A DNA stretch of 64,000 nt from Deltaproteobacteria bacterium (GTDB taxonomy: Bacteria > Myxococcota > Kuafuiibacteriia > Kuafuiibacteriales > Kuafuiibacteriaceae): contig JAVJQW010000067.1 of NCBI GenBank assembly GCA_040218735.1, forward strand, positions 224,559 to 288,558, given 5' to 3'. The notes beneath the pieces are model-generated. The model was not told the DNA's origin, made no database searches, and was given only the letters and a program-made list of their open reading frames with translations. Positions within the stretch are counted from its first letter, which is position 1. Each line of letters starts with the position of its first letter. Both the position numbers and the translations under genes were made by a program. Shown here piece by piece: positions 39,471-48,838 of this stretch.

Positions 39471-41254
39471 GTCGCTCTCCGAATTCGATTCGAATCGTTC
39501 GGACATCCTGGCTCAGTCGTGTGATCAGCTGAACGTGTGCGACGTCCGCGTGGCCACACCTCGGATCGTGTCCCAATAGGTACCCGTTCGAGCCGAAGTC
39601 CACATCCCAATGGTAGGTCTCTCGCTTCTTGAGAGCCAGCAACCGCTTGATCTGCGGCCAGCCCCACCCCCCGGTGTCCACCAGCCCCTCGAACTGCCCC
39701 ACGATCGCCTCCGCCTCCGCCCGCGTCTTCACGTACACCACGTCGTCCCCGCGCATCAGCGCCCGGTACGCGCGCGCCGCCTCCGCGGACAGCGACGGCT
39801 TCGGCCCGCGCGTCGCGAGGTAGCCGTGCAGGTCCACGCCGGCGTCGTCGAGCGCGGCGCGCAGGCGGTCGAGCTTCGTCACCTTGCGACTGTCCTGGGG
39901 CATGTCGCGCAGCGCTCGCACCTCCGCGCGTAGGCGCTGCGTCAGCGCGGCCTCCACGCCACGAACGTCGTCGCCCAACCGAGAGCGCAGCTTCAGCAAC
40001 CCCGCGAGCTCCTCGTACTCGACCGTCGCCACATCCTCCGCCACGCGCGCCGCGACCCGCGCGCGCACGTGCGCGTGCTCGGCCGGGCCCATGCGCTCCG
40101 CGATCTCCAGCGCCTGCCGCAGGTCGTCCGCGCCTTCGTAGAGCGACCGATCGTGAACGTCGCCGACGCCCCGCCGAACCCGGTGCTCCAAGGTCCACCG
40201 CGCTCGCGCCGACGGCGCCGCACTGTCCGCGACGGACATCAGCGACGTCCCCGCCAGCAGCCCCGAGCCCCAGGTGTCCCAGCCCCGCCGCCACCGCGTA
40301 CGCGTCGACGCCGACGACCTCCCCGCCGAACACCCCCGCGAACTTCGCGAGCCGCGCGCCGCTCATCCCCTGCGCCGTCAGCTTCGCCCCACCCCACGCC
40401 GCGCCGCCCGTCACGTACGCGAGTGTGAGCGTCGTGACCGCGCGCGAGACGAACCGACCGCGGTCCGACGACGACATCCGTTCGTACGCCGCGTACAGCT
40501 CGGGCGTCTGCCGCACGAGCGAAGCGATCGTCTCCGGCAGCGCCGCGAACCCGAGCACCGCACGCTCCGTGAGCCCGACGGGATCCGCGATCAGTCCGTG
40601 CACCAGCTCCGCGACGTCCCGCAGCGCATCCCCCACGGCGAGCTCCACCCCGTCGAGCGCCTGATTGAAGACATCGTGCTGCAGCCCGAGGTGTGCGACC
40701 GGCCGCCCGTCGTCGACGTCGTACAGCGTCCCCGCCTCCATCCGATACGTGCGCCCGACCTCGAGCGCGCCGGCCACCAACCGCCCGTCTTGCACCCGAA
40801 CGCCCTGCCCTTGGCGCTCGATCGCCCGCCCCCCGAGCGCCGGCGCGAGGTAGCCATCGGGCCGCACGACCACCCGCTTCGCATGCTCCGCGATCGTCCG
40901 ATGCACCTGCGCCGCCGTGACACCCCCCGCCGCTCGCGCCGTCTGGATGATCTGAAGCGTCACCTGCGCCGCCCCGTAGTCCTCGAGCGCCGGGGAGAGG
41001 AGCGCGAGACTCAACAAGTCGACCGCCTCCGCGGCCGTCGCCCCGTGCGTGACGAGCCGCAACGTCTCCTCCGTCGACAGCCCTGCCCGCGTGAACGTAA
41101 CGAGCGCATGAAGCTCATCGGGCGGTGGCGCCGGCGTCAGGAACGGGTTGTTCCAAGCCGGCACGGAGACGTCGACGCTCGAAGACCAAGCCTCCGTCCG
41201 CGCCTCGAACGGACGCGGCGCGTGGATCCCGTGCAGACGTCCCGGTCGAACCAT
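39448..41254 (-). pseudogene. polymorphic toxin-like protein (~600 aa) split by one frameshift at ~40261-40264
   Basis: Removing one C from the C4 run joins ORF 41254 to ORF 40239-39448 (…GHLGL-GLLAGTSLMSVAD…); His-rich C-terminus YHWDVDF..LLGHDPRCGHADVAHVQL. Confidence 0.65.
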
Positions 41255-41267
41255 TCGCGGAGCTGAC

Positions 41268-41341
41268 TACAAGCGGCGCGCCAAGCGCAGCGCCTACCGG
41301 CATCGGGACTTCGTCCGGCGTTCGTCCGAAAGTCGGACGAA
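41268..41341 (-). promoter_or_regulatory. sigma-54-like promoter plus upstream TCGTCCG boxes
   Basis: Minus strand TGGCGC-GCCGC-TTGTA (41268-41283); TTCGTCCGG 41310-41318; palindrome TTCGTCCG-AAAGT-CGGACGAA 41321-41341. Confidence 0.55.
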
Positions 41342-41409
41342 CGTGCCGCCGACATCGCCTTCTTCCACTGCTTGACCCCGAGGGCACCCTCGCGGCCTCC
41401 TACGCACCG

Positions 41410-42036
41410 ATGAGGCTCGCCTACCTGACCGTCGTCACCGTCGCCCTCGTCGCGTGCGCAAAGGACGGCGCTCCCGGGACGCCCGGGGCCGCCGGTCCAC
41501 GTGGCGTTCCCGGTGCGACGGGTGCAGCGGGCGCGACGGGCGCAACCGGGCCCATCGGGTCTCCCGGAGCGGCCGGCCCCGAGGGCGGGACACCGATCGG
41601 GCTCTCCACGAGGAAGGCAGCGACGCTGGTCGTCCAGGACGCGGGTCGCGTCATCGAGGTCGACACCCAGCGCGTCACGCTCCCCGGCGACGGGACGCTC
41701 CTGGTCAAGCTCCACGTCCAGGGCACGGTGAACAAGCCGGACAGCGGCACCGAGTGTGTCTACGAGGCGCGCATCCGCCACGACCAGGAGCCCGCGCCGA
41801 GCGCCCGACAGCGCTTCGGCATCTTCGAGGCCCCCGCCGGCTCGTACCGTTCCCACGGCGTGAAGCTCCACCTCACGGCGGCGCTGGAAGGTCAGGCCGG
41901 TGACGAGTTCCTGCTGCGCGCCGAGCTCATGCAGGCCTCACCTTCGTGCGGCGCGACGTCACCGCAGACGGAGCTCGCGCAGCTGTCGACGCAGTTCGAG
42001 ACCTCGTACCACCGCGTCACGCTTCAAACGAACTGA
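41410..42036 (+). CDS. lipoprotein with collagen-like Gly-X-Y repeat
   Basis: Lipobox LVAC; about 13 G-X-Y triplets; beta-rich C-terminal domain. Confidence 0.8.
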   Translation: MRLAYLTVVTVALVACAKDGAPGTPGAAGPRGVPGATGAAGATGATGPIGSPGAAGPEGGTPIGLSTRKAATLVVQDAGRVIEVDTQRVTLPGDGTLLVKLHVQGTVNKPDSGTECVYEARIRHDQEPAPSARQRFGIFEAPAGSYRSHGVKLHLTAALEGQAGDEFLLRAELMQASPSCGATSPQTELAQLSTQFETSYHRVTLQTN

Positions 42037-42040
42037 GCGC

Positions 42041-44590
42041 TCAAAGCGGGACGTCACCCGCCGCGAGGATCGAGGGCCCCACGCCATCCCCGACGTTCTG
42101 CGTCGACCCGTAACCCAGCTGCCCGTAGTGCGCCCGGCCCCAGCAGCGGACGCCGCCCGTCGATAGCACCGCACAGTTGAACTGGTCGCCGCAGGTCAGG
42201 TCGACGGCCGGTGCACCGAGGTCACCTGTGCTCCCGAGGGCCGGCGTTCCCTCTCCGTAGTCGTTCGTGCCCCAACAGAACACCGCCCCCGCTGTCGTCC
42301 GGCCGCAGGTGTGCGTCGCGGCCGCGCAGAGCTGAGCGTACTGCGATCCCGTCACTGCAACGGTGCTCGGCAGCTCGTTGTCACCGATGTCGACCGCGAT
42401 CGCCGGTGATAGCTGCCCGTCCGTTCCTCGCCCCCAACACCGATACCCATTCGACGGCGGGAAGATCGCACAGCCGTGGAGCGCGTTGGACCCGGCGTGG
42501 AGGGAGGTGGGCGTCCCGCCGAGCATCACCGGAGGCGCCGTGGAAGGAACCTCGTCGTCGCCGATGCGATCCGTGTGGCCCAACCCAAGCTGGCCCCGGT
42601 TGTTGTCCCCCCAGCAGCGCACCGCTCCGGACGCGAGCCGCGCACAGCAGTGCGAGCCCCCGCACGCGACCTCCTCCGCCGACTCCCCCAGACTCACCGC
42701 AGCCACCGCCGAAGGAACCTCGTTGTCGCCGACGTTCGAACCGACGCCGAACGTGCCCAACCCGAGCTGACCGAGGAAGTTGTATCCCCAGCAACGAACA
42801 CTGCCACCGCTCAGCAGCGCACAGGTGTGGCTCGACCCGGATGAGATGGAAGTGGCGTTCCCGGCCAAACTCACCGGCCCCGCCGCGGCCGGGGGTTCAT
42901 CGTCGCCGATGGTCGTGCTCGAGCCGTAACCGAGCTGACCGTTGAGCGCGTCCCCCCAGCACCGGACGGAACCTCCCGTGAGGAGCGCGCACGTGTGCGC
43001 CGTCCCCGCGACCACCCGCTCTGCGTTCCCTCCGACCGAGACCTGCATCGTGGAGAGATCGTCGGCTGCGTCGTCGCCCACGTCGACGGTGCTCGAGTAG
43101 CCCAAGCGACCCGAGTCGCCGCGCCCCCAACATCGAACGGTGCCATCTTGGAACGCAGCGCACGCGTGGTGCGTACCCGCCGTGACCTGAACCGCTCGCG
43201 CCCGAAACCGCGCCGTGACACCTCGGTCGGCGGAGAGCGTCGTCGTGCAGGTCGGGGTCGTTCCGACGCAGTCCCCAGACCATCCGACGAAGTACGCATC
43301 CGCGTTCGACTGCGCGGTGAGCATCACGGACGTCCCCCGATCGAACTGCGCTACACAAGTAGCACCGCAGTCGATCCCCAGAGGCAGCGACGTCACCACA
43401 CCAGCGCCCGACCCAACCGTCGCTACCGTCAGCGCCTGGCGAGCGATGAACTGCGCGCTGACGTTTGTCGCCGACGACACCGTTACGTTGCAGGTCCCCG
43501 TCCCGGAGCACGCACCTCCCCAGCCCGCGAAGCGCGAACCCGGCGATGCGGTTGCCGTGAGCTCGACCGCCGCGCCTCGAACGTAGGCCTCGGTGCAGGC
43601 GCCCGGGCAGTCGATCCCACCGATGTCGGACGTGACTCGGCCTGCCCCACTCCCCTGCAGCACGACCGTCAGCGGCTCGCGTTCGAGCTCGAACGTCGCG
43701 GTCACGGCTCGAGCCGCCTCCATCGTCACGATGCACGACTCGGTCCCCGCGCACGCGCCGAACCAACCCGCGAATCGAACGTCCGCATCGGGCGCCGCGG
43801 TAAGCGTGACGGTCTCTCCGACGGCGTAGCTCGCCGAGCACGTACCCGGGCAGTCGATGGGGCCCAGATCCGCCGTCACCGTTCCCAGCCCGTCGCCGGC
43901 GAGCGCGACCGACAGCGTGACGCGGTCTCGATCGAAGGATGCAACGACGCTTCGATCGCGGTCGAGCGTCACCTCACAAGTCGGCGACGTGCCGGCGCAG
44001 TCACCGGACCAAGCACCGAACTCCACGTCCTCGTCGGGCGTCGCCGTGAGTTGAACCGTGGTGCCCTCGACCAGCTCGGAGATGCACTCATCGGGACAAG
44101 AGATAGCGCCACCCGGCGAAGTGACGACGCCAGAGCCATCCCCCGCTGCAACCACCGTAAGGGTGAAGACGCGATCGAACCTCACGGCGAGCGCGAGATC
44201 GCGTTCGACCTCCACCGTGCACGACTCACCCTCGCCGTCACAGATGCCGGACCATTCGCCGAACGCCGACCCTACTCCAGCTACCGCGATGAGTTGAACG
44301 CGCTCGCCGGCGGCGACCTCCCCCGTGCACGCGTCGCCAGCGCACGTGAGATCGAACGAGGGAGACTCGACCGAACCTGAGCCCGAGCCCTGGAGCAACA
44401 CCGTGACGTCGAAGCGCTCCGCACCCGAGTCCCGAGCCCCAGCGTCGGTCACGATCGCAGCGTCCGTGCGCCCCGCGTCACGTAGACCGCCATCGCTCGA
44501 CACCTCGGGAACCACGACGGAGCCACACGCAGCAGCCCCAACCCAAGCGAGGCTCGCCAAACGCCAGCGCGAGAGCATCCGAGGAGACAT
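42041..44590 (-). CDS. surface lipoprotein with InlB B-repeat-like (Flg_new-type) domains and RCC1/BLIP-II repeats
   Basis: Lipobox AAAC; five GSGxGxVTS..C..C..V.LTA..F.GW.G.C units; repeated HTCA..G.VRCWG..GQLG. Confidence 0.88.
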   Translation of the reverse strand: MSPRMLSRWRLASLAWVGAAACGSVVVPEVSSDGGLRDAGRTDAAIVTDAGARDSGAERFDVTVLLQGSGSGSVESPSFDLTCAGDACTGEVAAGERVQLIAVAGVGSAFGEWSGICDGEGESCTVEVERDLALAVRFDRVFTLTVVAAGDGSGVVTSPGGAISCPDECISELVEGTTVQLTATPDEDVEFGAWSGDCAGTSPTCEVTLDRDRSVVASFDRDRVTLSVALAGDGLGTVTADLGPIDCPGTCSASYAVGETVTLTAAPDADVRFAGWFGACAGTESCIVTMEAARAVTATFELEREPLTVVLQGSGAGRVTSDIGGIDCPGACTEAYVRGAAVELTATASPGSRFAGWGGACSGTGTCNVTVSSATNVSAQFIARQALTVATVGSGAGVVTSLPLGIDCGATCVAQFDRGTSVMLTAQSNADAYFVGWSGDCVGTTPTCTTTLSADRGVTARFRARAVQVTAGTHHACAAFQDGTVRCWGRGDSGRLGYSSTVDVGDDAADDLSTMQVSVGGNAERVVAGTAHTCALLTGGSVRCWGDALNGQLGYGSSTTIGDDEPPAAAGPVSLAGNATSISSGSSHTCALLSGGSVRCWGYNFLGQLGLGTFGVGSNVGDNEVPSAVAAVSLGESAEEVACGGSHCCARLASGAVRCWGDNNRGQLGLGHTDRIGDDEVPSTAPPVMLGGTPTSLHAGSNALHGCAIFPPSNGYRCWGRGTDGQLSPAIAVDIGDNELPSTVAVTGSQYAQLCAAATHTCGRTTAGAVFCWGTNDYGEGTPALGSTGDLGAPAVDLTCGDQFNCAVLSTGGVRCWGRAHYGQLGYGSTQNVGDGVGPSILAAGDVPL

Positions 44591-45002
44591 AGGGCGATGT
44601 CACCATAGGCGTCGCGCAGACGCGACCCGAGGACGTGGTTCTCAATGAATTTCGAACCGGACGCCACACTGTCTCCGCTAACTCATTTCACGACCTCCTT
44701 GGCGCAGCGCGTCCCTATTCCTCGTTCCCGAGAGACCACCTTCGACGCTCTCTAACTGCCGACAACTATTTCGGGCGACCGAGCAGCGAAGCTACCGAAA
44801 GTGCTTCGCCTGGTCTCACCCGCGCTCATGCGTCGGACATCGACGCCTTCAAGATTCTCCACGAGCTCGATCCTCGTCACCGGTTGCGGCGCCCCTTGCT
44901 CCAGTTCTCGTGATACTCCTCGGGCCATGACGGTCACGGTCGACCTCAGCCTCCGCAATCTCCTCGAGCCGCTCGGTCGTCGGCGCGAAGGCGACCTTCT
45001 TC

Positions 45003-45220
45003 ATGGACGTCCGCCGTATCTGAGTTTGCACGCGAAGTGCGTGGTCGTGGACGAGCGCAGCAATGGTGGGCTCCGCGAACTTCGCGAACCGGGGATGCAG
45101 CGGAACCTGGAGTGCGGCGTGCGGGTCGAGGACACCGCGTTGACGCGGAGGCTCGCCCGGCAGTGGATGGATCTCGTGTGGAGCGGCCACGTCCGGTCGG
45201 TGCCTCTAGGTGACCCATGA
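45003..45220 (+). pseudogene. 3' remnant of a PLD-family nuclease (DISARM DrmC-like)
   Basis: LHAKCVVVD, then in a shifted frame AMVGSANF, then back to RNLECGVRVED; no intact 5' part. Confidence 0.65.
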
Positions 45221-45855
45221 GCCGTGAAGACCGAGATGATTGGTCGTCCCTTCTTACGACGATGAAGCGCGATGGGTTCGTCTACTTGCCGCGTCGAAGC
45301 GAGCTCGACCTCGTCGAAGTCATCGAGGCGTTGGGCCACCCCATCTACATCGAGGAGGTTCGGGTCGACGGCAACGGTCGCGCGCTCGTGAAGTCGTGGG
45401 ACGGCATCTCGTGGCACACCGATCACCATCGCGCCGACACGATCCTGTGGCACGGCCGCGAGGCCGCCGAGGCCGGAGGCGAGACACTCGTCGTCGACGG
45501 CCTCGCCGCGTTCTCGACCCTTTCAGCGCACCACCGAGCGGCGCTCCGAGAAGTCGTGCTCCTCGAGCACAGCGTGTTCGACGGGGACAGCGACCGCCAT
45601 CCGATGATCACGGGCACCGAAGACCGCGTCGCGTTGTACTACTCCCTCTGGCTCGTCGACGACGAGCTCCCCGAAGCACAGGCAGCCGCACTGCGCGCCT
45701 TCGAGGACGCCGTGTCGCGGTGCCCGCATCACCGCTTCCGACTCGAACGCGGCGACCTCCTCGCGATCGACAACAGGCGGATGCTCCACGCCCGGACTGC
45801 TATCGAGGGGACGCGGCACCTTCGGCGCTACTGGCTCGCCACCGCGTCCACGTGA
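45217..45855 (+). CDS. TauD/TfdA family Fe(II)/2OG dioxygenase
   Basis: WHTD facial-triad motif, GGETLVVDG, DNRRMLHAR, RHLRR. Confidence 0.88.
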   Translation: MSREDRDDWSSLLTTMKRDGFVYLPRRSELDLVEVIEALGHPIYIEEVRVDGNGRALVKSWDGISWHTDHHRADTILWHGREAAEAGGETLVVDGLAAFSTLSAHHRAALREVVLLEHSVFDGDSDRHPMITGTEDRVALYYSLWLVDDELPEAQAAALRAFEDAVSRCPHHRFRLERGDLLAIDNRRMLHARTAIEGTRHLRRYWLATAST

Positions 45856-46364
45856 GGGGTCGCCTCCTTACAGGCGTGCCAGCAGCGCCCTTGGCAGTCG
45901 TGCCAGCACTTCACCGTCGACTCACCCGCATCGGCGCTTTGCCGACTTACATACGGCTCGCCGTACGCTTCTTCCCACAGCTTGGCCGTGCGCTCGAATG
46001 TCGCGGCCAGCACGGGGACCTCCTCGGGCTCCTGTCCGAAGCCTCCATCGTGATCGAGGATCCGCCCGATCACCCGCATGCAGTCCTCGTAGTAGGCGCG
46101 AGGGTGGAGCATGTGCAGATGCCACATCTCGTCGATTTCCCGCGTGGGCGCGATGGCGACGTCGGGGTGCTTGGCGGCAAGGAGCAAGAACCGCTCGTAG
46201 CTTCGCAACGCTCCACGGAGTTTCTGCTCGCTCCATTCTTTGGGGAAGGTCTCCGACCGACGCGCGGCCTCCTCGAGATCGACACTGATGATGACTTCCA
46301 CGTCTTGCACCTCCCGAATGAGGGTATCAGATGCACGGCGTGAGTTCGTTGGATGCGACTCCAT
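45828..46364 (-). CDS. glycine-rich-domain-protein-like (GRDP/DUF1399-like) protein with CWHxC tail
   Basis: YERFLLL..P....PT.EIDEMWHLHML.P..Y..DC..ILDHD; tail KCWHDCQGRCWHACK; GTG 46301 with GGAGG is an alternative start. Confidence 0.75.
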   Translation of the reverse strand: MESHPTNSRRASDTLIREVQDVEVIISVDLEEAARRSETFPKEWSEQKLRGALRSYERFLLLAAKHPDVAIAPTREIDEMWHLHMLHPRAYYEDCMRVIGRILDHDGGFGQEPEEVPVLAATFERTAKLWEEAYGEPYVSRQSADAGESTVKCWHDCQGRCWHACKEATPHVDAVASQ

Positions 46365-46522
46365 TGACGTATGCTGAGGATGGCGCACGCATACGAACGC
46401 AAAATACGCACTCATATATCGATAGACGAGCAGTTCAACCAATCCAAACGGGCTCCCTTGCCACGGCACTGATCCTGAGTGCAGCTCGCATCGACGTCAG
46501 GTTCGTGTAGCTTCGCACGCTG

Positions 46523-46981
46523 GTGTCATCCGGGATCATCACTACTGCGGGCATGCTCCCGTTCGTGGCAACCCTGATGGGCGCCCAGGCCCCTGCCCCA
46601 TCCGATTCCTGCCAGACCGAAGCTCCCAGATGGGCGCGCACGGTGTTCGCTCGCGGCGAGTTCGGCGACCGAGAGCCGACCCTCACAAGGGACCAGCTGC
46701 GGTTGCTCACAACGCCCGAGCTCGAGACGTTCGTCTTCAGTCAGACCCGCGCAATCGCCATCTCGGAGGCAGAGCTCAGCGACCACCTGGCGACGTACTG
46801 CGTCGAGAGGCTCGCTCGTAGCAATGAAATAGGAGCACCACCCAACGAAGCTGGCTGGGGCCGAACTCTAGCGAGGGGCATCGGAGCTATCGGCGTGGCG
46901 ATCATTCTCGGGGCGTTTGGCGGAGTGATCGCCGTCGTGAAGTGGCTCGTTCGACGAGTAGGATCTCGTCGGGAGCCCTAG
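46523..46981 (+). CDS. hypothetical protein with C-terminal TM helix
   Basis: Open frame directly upstream of the helicase; hydrophobic C-terminal segment. Confidence 0.45.
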   Translation: MSSGIITTAGMLPFVATLMGAQAPAPSDSCQTEAPRWARTVFARGEFGDREPTLTRDQLRLLTTPELETFVFSQTRAIAISEAELSDHLATYCVERLARSNEIGAPPNEAGWGRTLARGIGAIGVAIILGAFGGVIAVVKWLVRRVGSRREP

Positions 46982-47033
46982 TCTGTGCGCTTGGACCTTG
47001 CGTCGGAGTGAAGTCAGGAGGTGTATCGTATTC

Positions 47034-48827
47034 GTGGCCCCTTCCGACCCGCTGCAACAGAAGATCCTCCGCATTATCGCGACCAACGGACCCGTCAAGG
47101 CGCGAGTGATTCGCGACCTCATCGGCGGAAGGTACGAACGGGCGGACATCAATACCCACCTGTACGGCTCACTCTCGGATTGGGTAGAGAAGAACGCGGG
47201 CCACCAGTGGCTCCTTCGTGCGCGAAACGATCGGCCGGCGCTCCCGTGGGAGGAGCCGGCGCCGAAGTCCACGGTCCAAAAGAGCGAGACCGCAAATCCC
47301 TCGCCGCGTCGTCCTGCGACCGCTTGGGGAAGGCGTCCAGAACCACAACACCAGCCTCCGGTGCACGCCAGCGCGAAACCACCGAACCGTTCAGCCGGCC
47401 CACGCATCGAGACTGTAGTCCAACCTCCGCGGATCCAACTCAACCCGGAGCAGCTCCGCCTCGCTCAGTTCCCCGCCGACGGCAACGTCCTCATCCGCGG
47501 CCAAGCCGGCGCCGGCAAGACCACAGTTCTCACCGAGCGAGCGCTTTGGCTGGGAGGGGGCACGCGTCTCCTGCTTACTTACAACCGCCCGCTGAGGACG
47601 CACTTCGAACGTCTGGTCGAGCAGAGTCGCCGAAAGGACATCACGGTCTACACGTTCCACGAGTGGGCGCGGAGCGTCGCCAAGGCGCGCCGGTTCGAGG
47701 TCACCTCGTGGATGCTACAGAAGGAGCGTCGCGCGATCCTCTCCAAGCTGTTGAAGCGCCTGCCGAACGGCGACCGACTCAAGACGCTAAAAGTCCGATT
47801 CTTGGGCGAGGAGCTCGACTGGATCTTCGGGCGTGGTATTCGCCTCCTCGAAGACTACCTCGTCGCCCCGCGGGTCGGGCGCGGGTGCGGCGTGCGCCTG
47901 AACGAGGCCGAGCGACGCGCCGTCTGGGAGATGCGCGGACTGTACCTCGCGGAGGTGCGCAAGCTGAAGCAGTGGGACGTCAATGACCCGGGCGGGCTGG
48001 TGTCGACCGTGCTGGAGTCGAATGGTCGTCGGATCCCGGAAGCGCTGCGGTACGACCATGTACTCATCGACGAAGTGCAGGACTTCGACAAGTCGTGGCT
48101 CGAGGCGCTCGTCGGCTTCCAGCGGGAGACATTCTCGCTGGCAGGCGACCTCGCACAGCGGATCTACCGTCGCACCTTCACTTGGAAGGAGGTCGGGATC
48201 GCGGTCCCGCCCGCCCGCTCGAGGTCGCTGTCAGCCGGCATGCGCACGACGCGGCGGATCATGCACGTGGCGATCTTCCTGTCGCGGAACGAAGATCTCG
48301 TGAACGAGGTCGACTACCACGCCCCTTCATTGCCAACGCGCGACGGGCCGCTCGTGAACCGCATCCGCCGAAGGAGTTATCAGGACGTGACCAGCGTCGT
48401 GGCTCGCCAACTCGCGGAACTGCGCCGAGAGCGCCCGGCTGAATCCGTCGCCGTCCTGCTGTCGTCGAACAAGTCCGCGCAGGCGGTGGCCTACGCGCTG
48501 CGGGAGGCCGGCGTGGACGCCGAGTACGCGCGCAAGGACGACGTCGCGCTGTCGGACGGGTCCAGGGTGATCACCACGACGATGCAGAGCGTGAAAGGTC
48601 TCGAATGGGATCACGTGTTCGTACTAGGACTTGCCGATTCGCAGGTTCCAGGACGCGACCTCAAGCGCGCCGTCGACGACGACGAGCAGCGCGACATCCT
48701 GAACATGAAGCAGCGCCTCCTCTTCGTTGCAATGACGCGGGCGCGGAAGAGCCTGACCCTTGGCGGCGCGATTCCGTTCTGCCGGTTCTTCGACGACGTC
48801 CCCGACGTGATGTTTCACGACCTTTGA
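47034..48827 (+). CDS. UvrD/SF1 helicase with N-terminal Z-alpha-like winged helix
   Basis: GQAGAGKT, LLTYNR, DEVQD, GDLAQRIY, KGLEWD, FVAMTRAR; AGGAGG upstream of GTG 47034. Confidence 0.88.
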   Translation: MAPSDPLQQKILRIIATNGPVKARVIRDLIGGRYERADINTHLYGSLSDWVEKNAGHQWLLRARNDRPALPWEEPAPKSTVQKSETANPSPRRPATAWGRRPEPQHQPPVHASAKPPNRSAGPRIETVVQPPRIQLNPEQLRLAQFPADGNVLIRGQAGAGKTTVLTERALWLGGGTRLLLTYNRPLRTHFERLVEQSRRKDITVYTFHEWARSVAKARRFEVTSWMLQKERRAILSKLLKRLPNGDRLKTLKVRFLGEELDWIFGRGIRLLEDYLVAPRVGRGCGVRLNEAERRAVWEMRGLYLAEVRKLKQWDVNDPGGLVSTVLESNGRRIPEALRYDHVLIDEVQDFDKSWLEALVGFQRETFSLAGDLAQRIYRRTFTWKEVGIAVPPARSRSLSAGMRTTRRIMHVAIFLSRNEDLVNEVDYHAPSLPTRDGPLVNRIRRRSYQDVTSVVARQLAELRRERPAESVAVLLSSNKSAQAVAYALREAGVDAEYARKDDVALSDGSRVITTTMQSVKGLEWDHVFVLGLADSQVPGRDLKRAVDDDEQRDILNMKQRLLFVAMTRARKSLTLGGAIPFCRFFDDVPDVMFHDL

Positions 48828-48838
48828 GCCGTCGCTCC

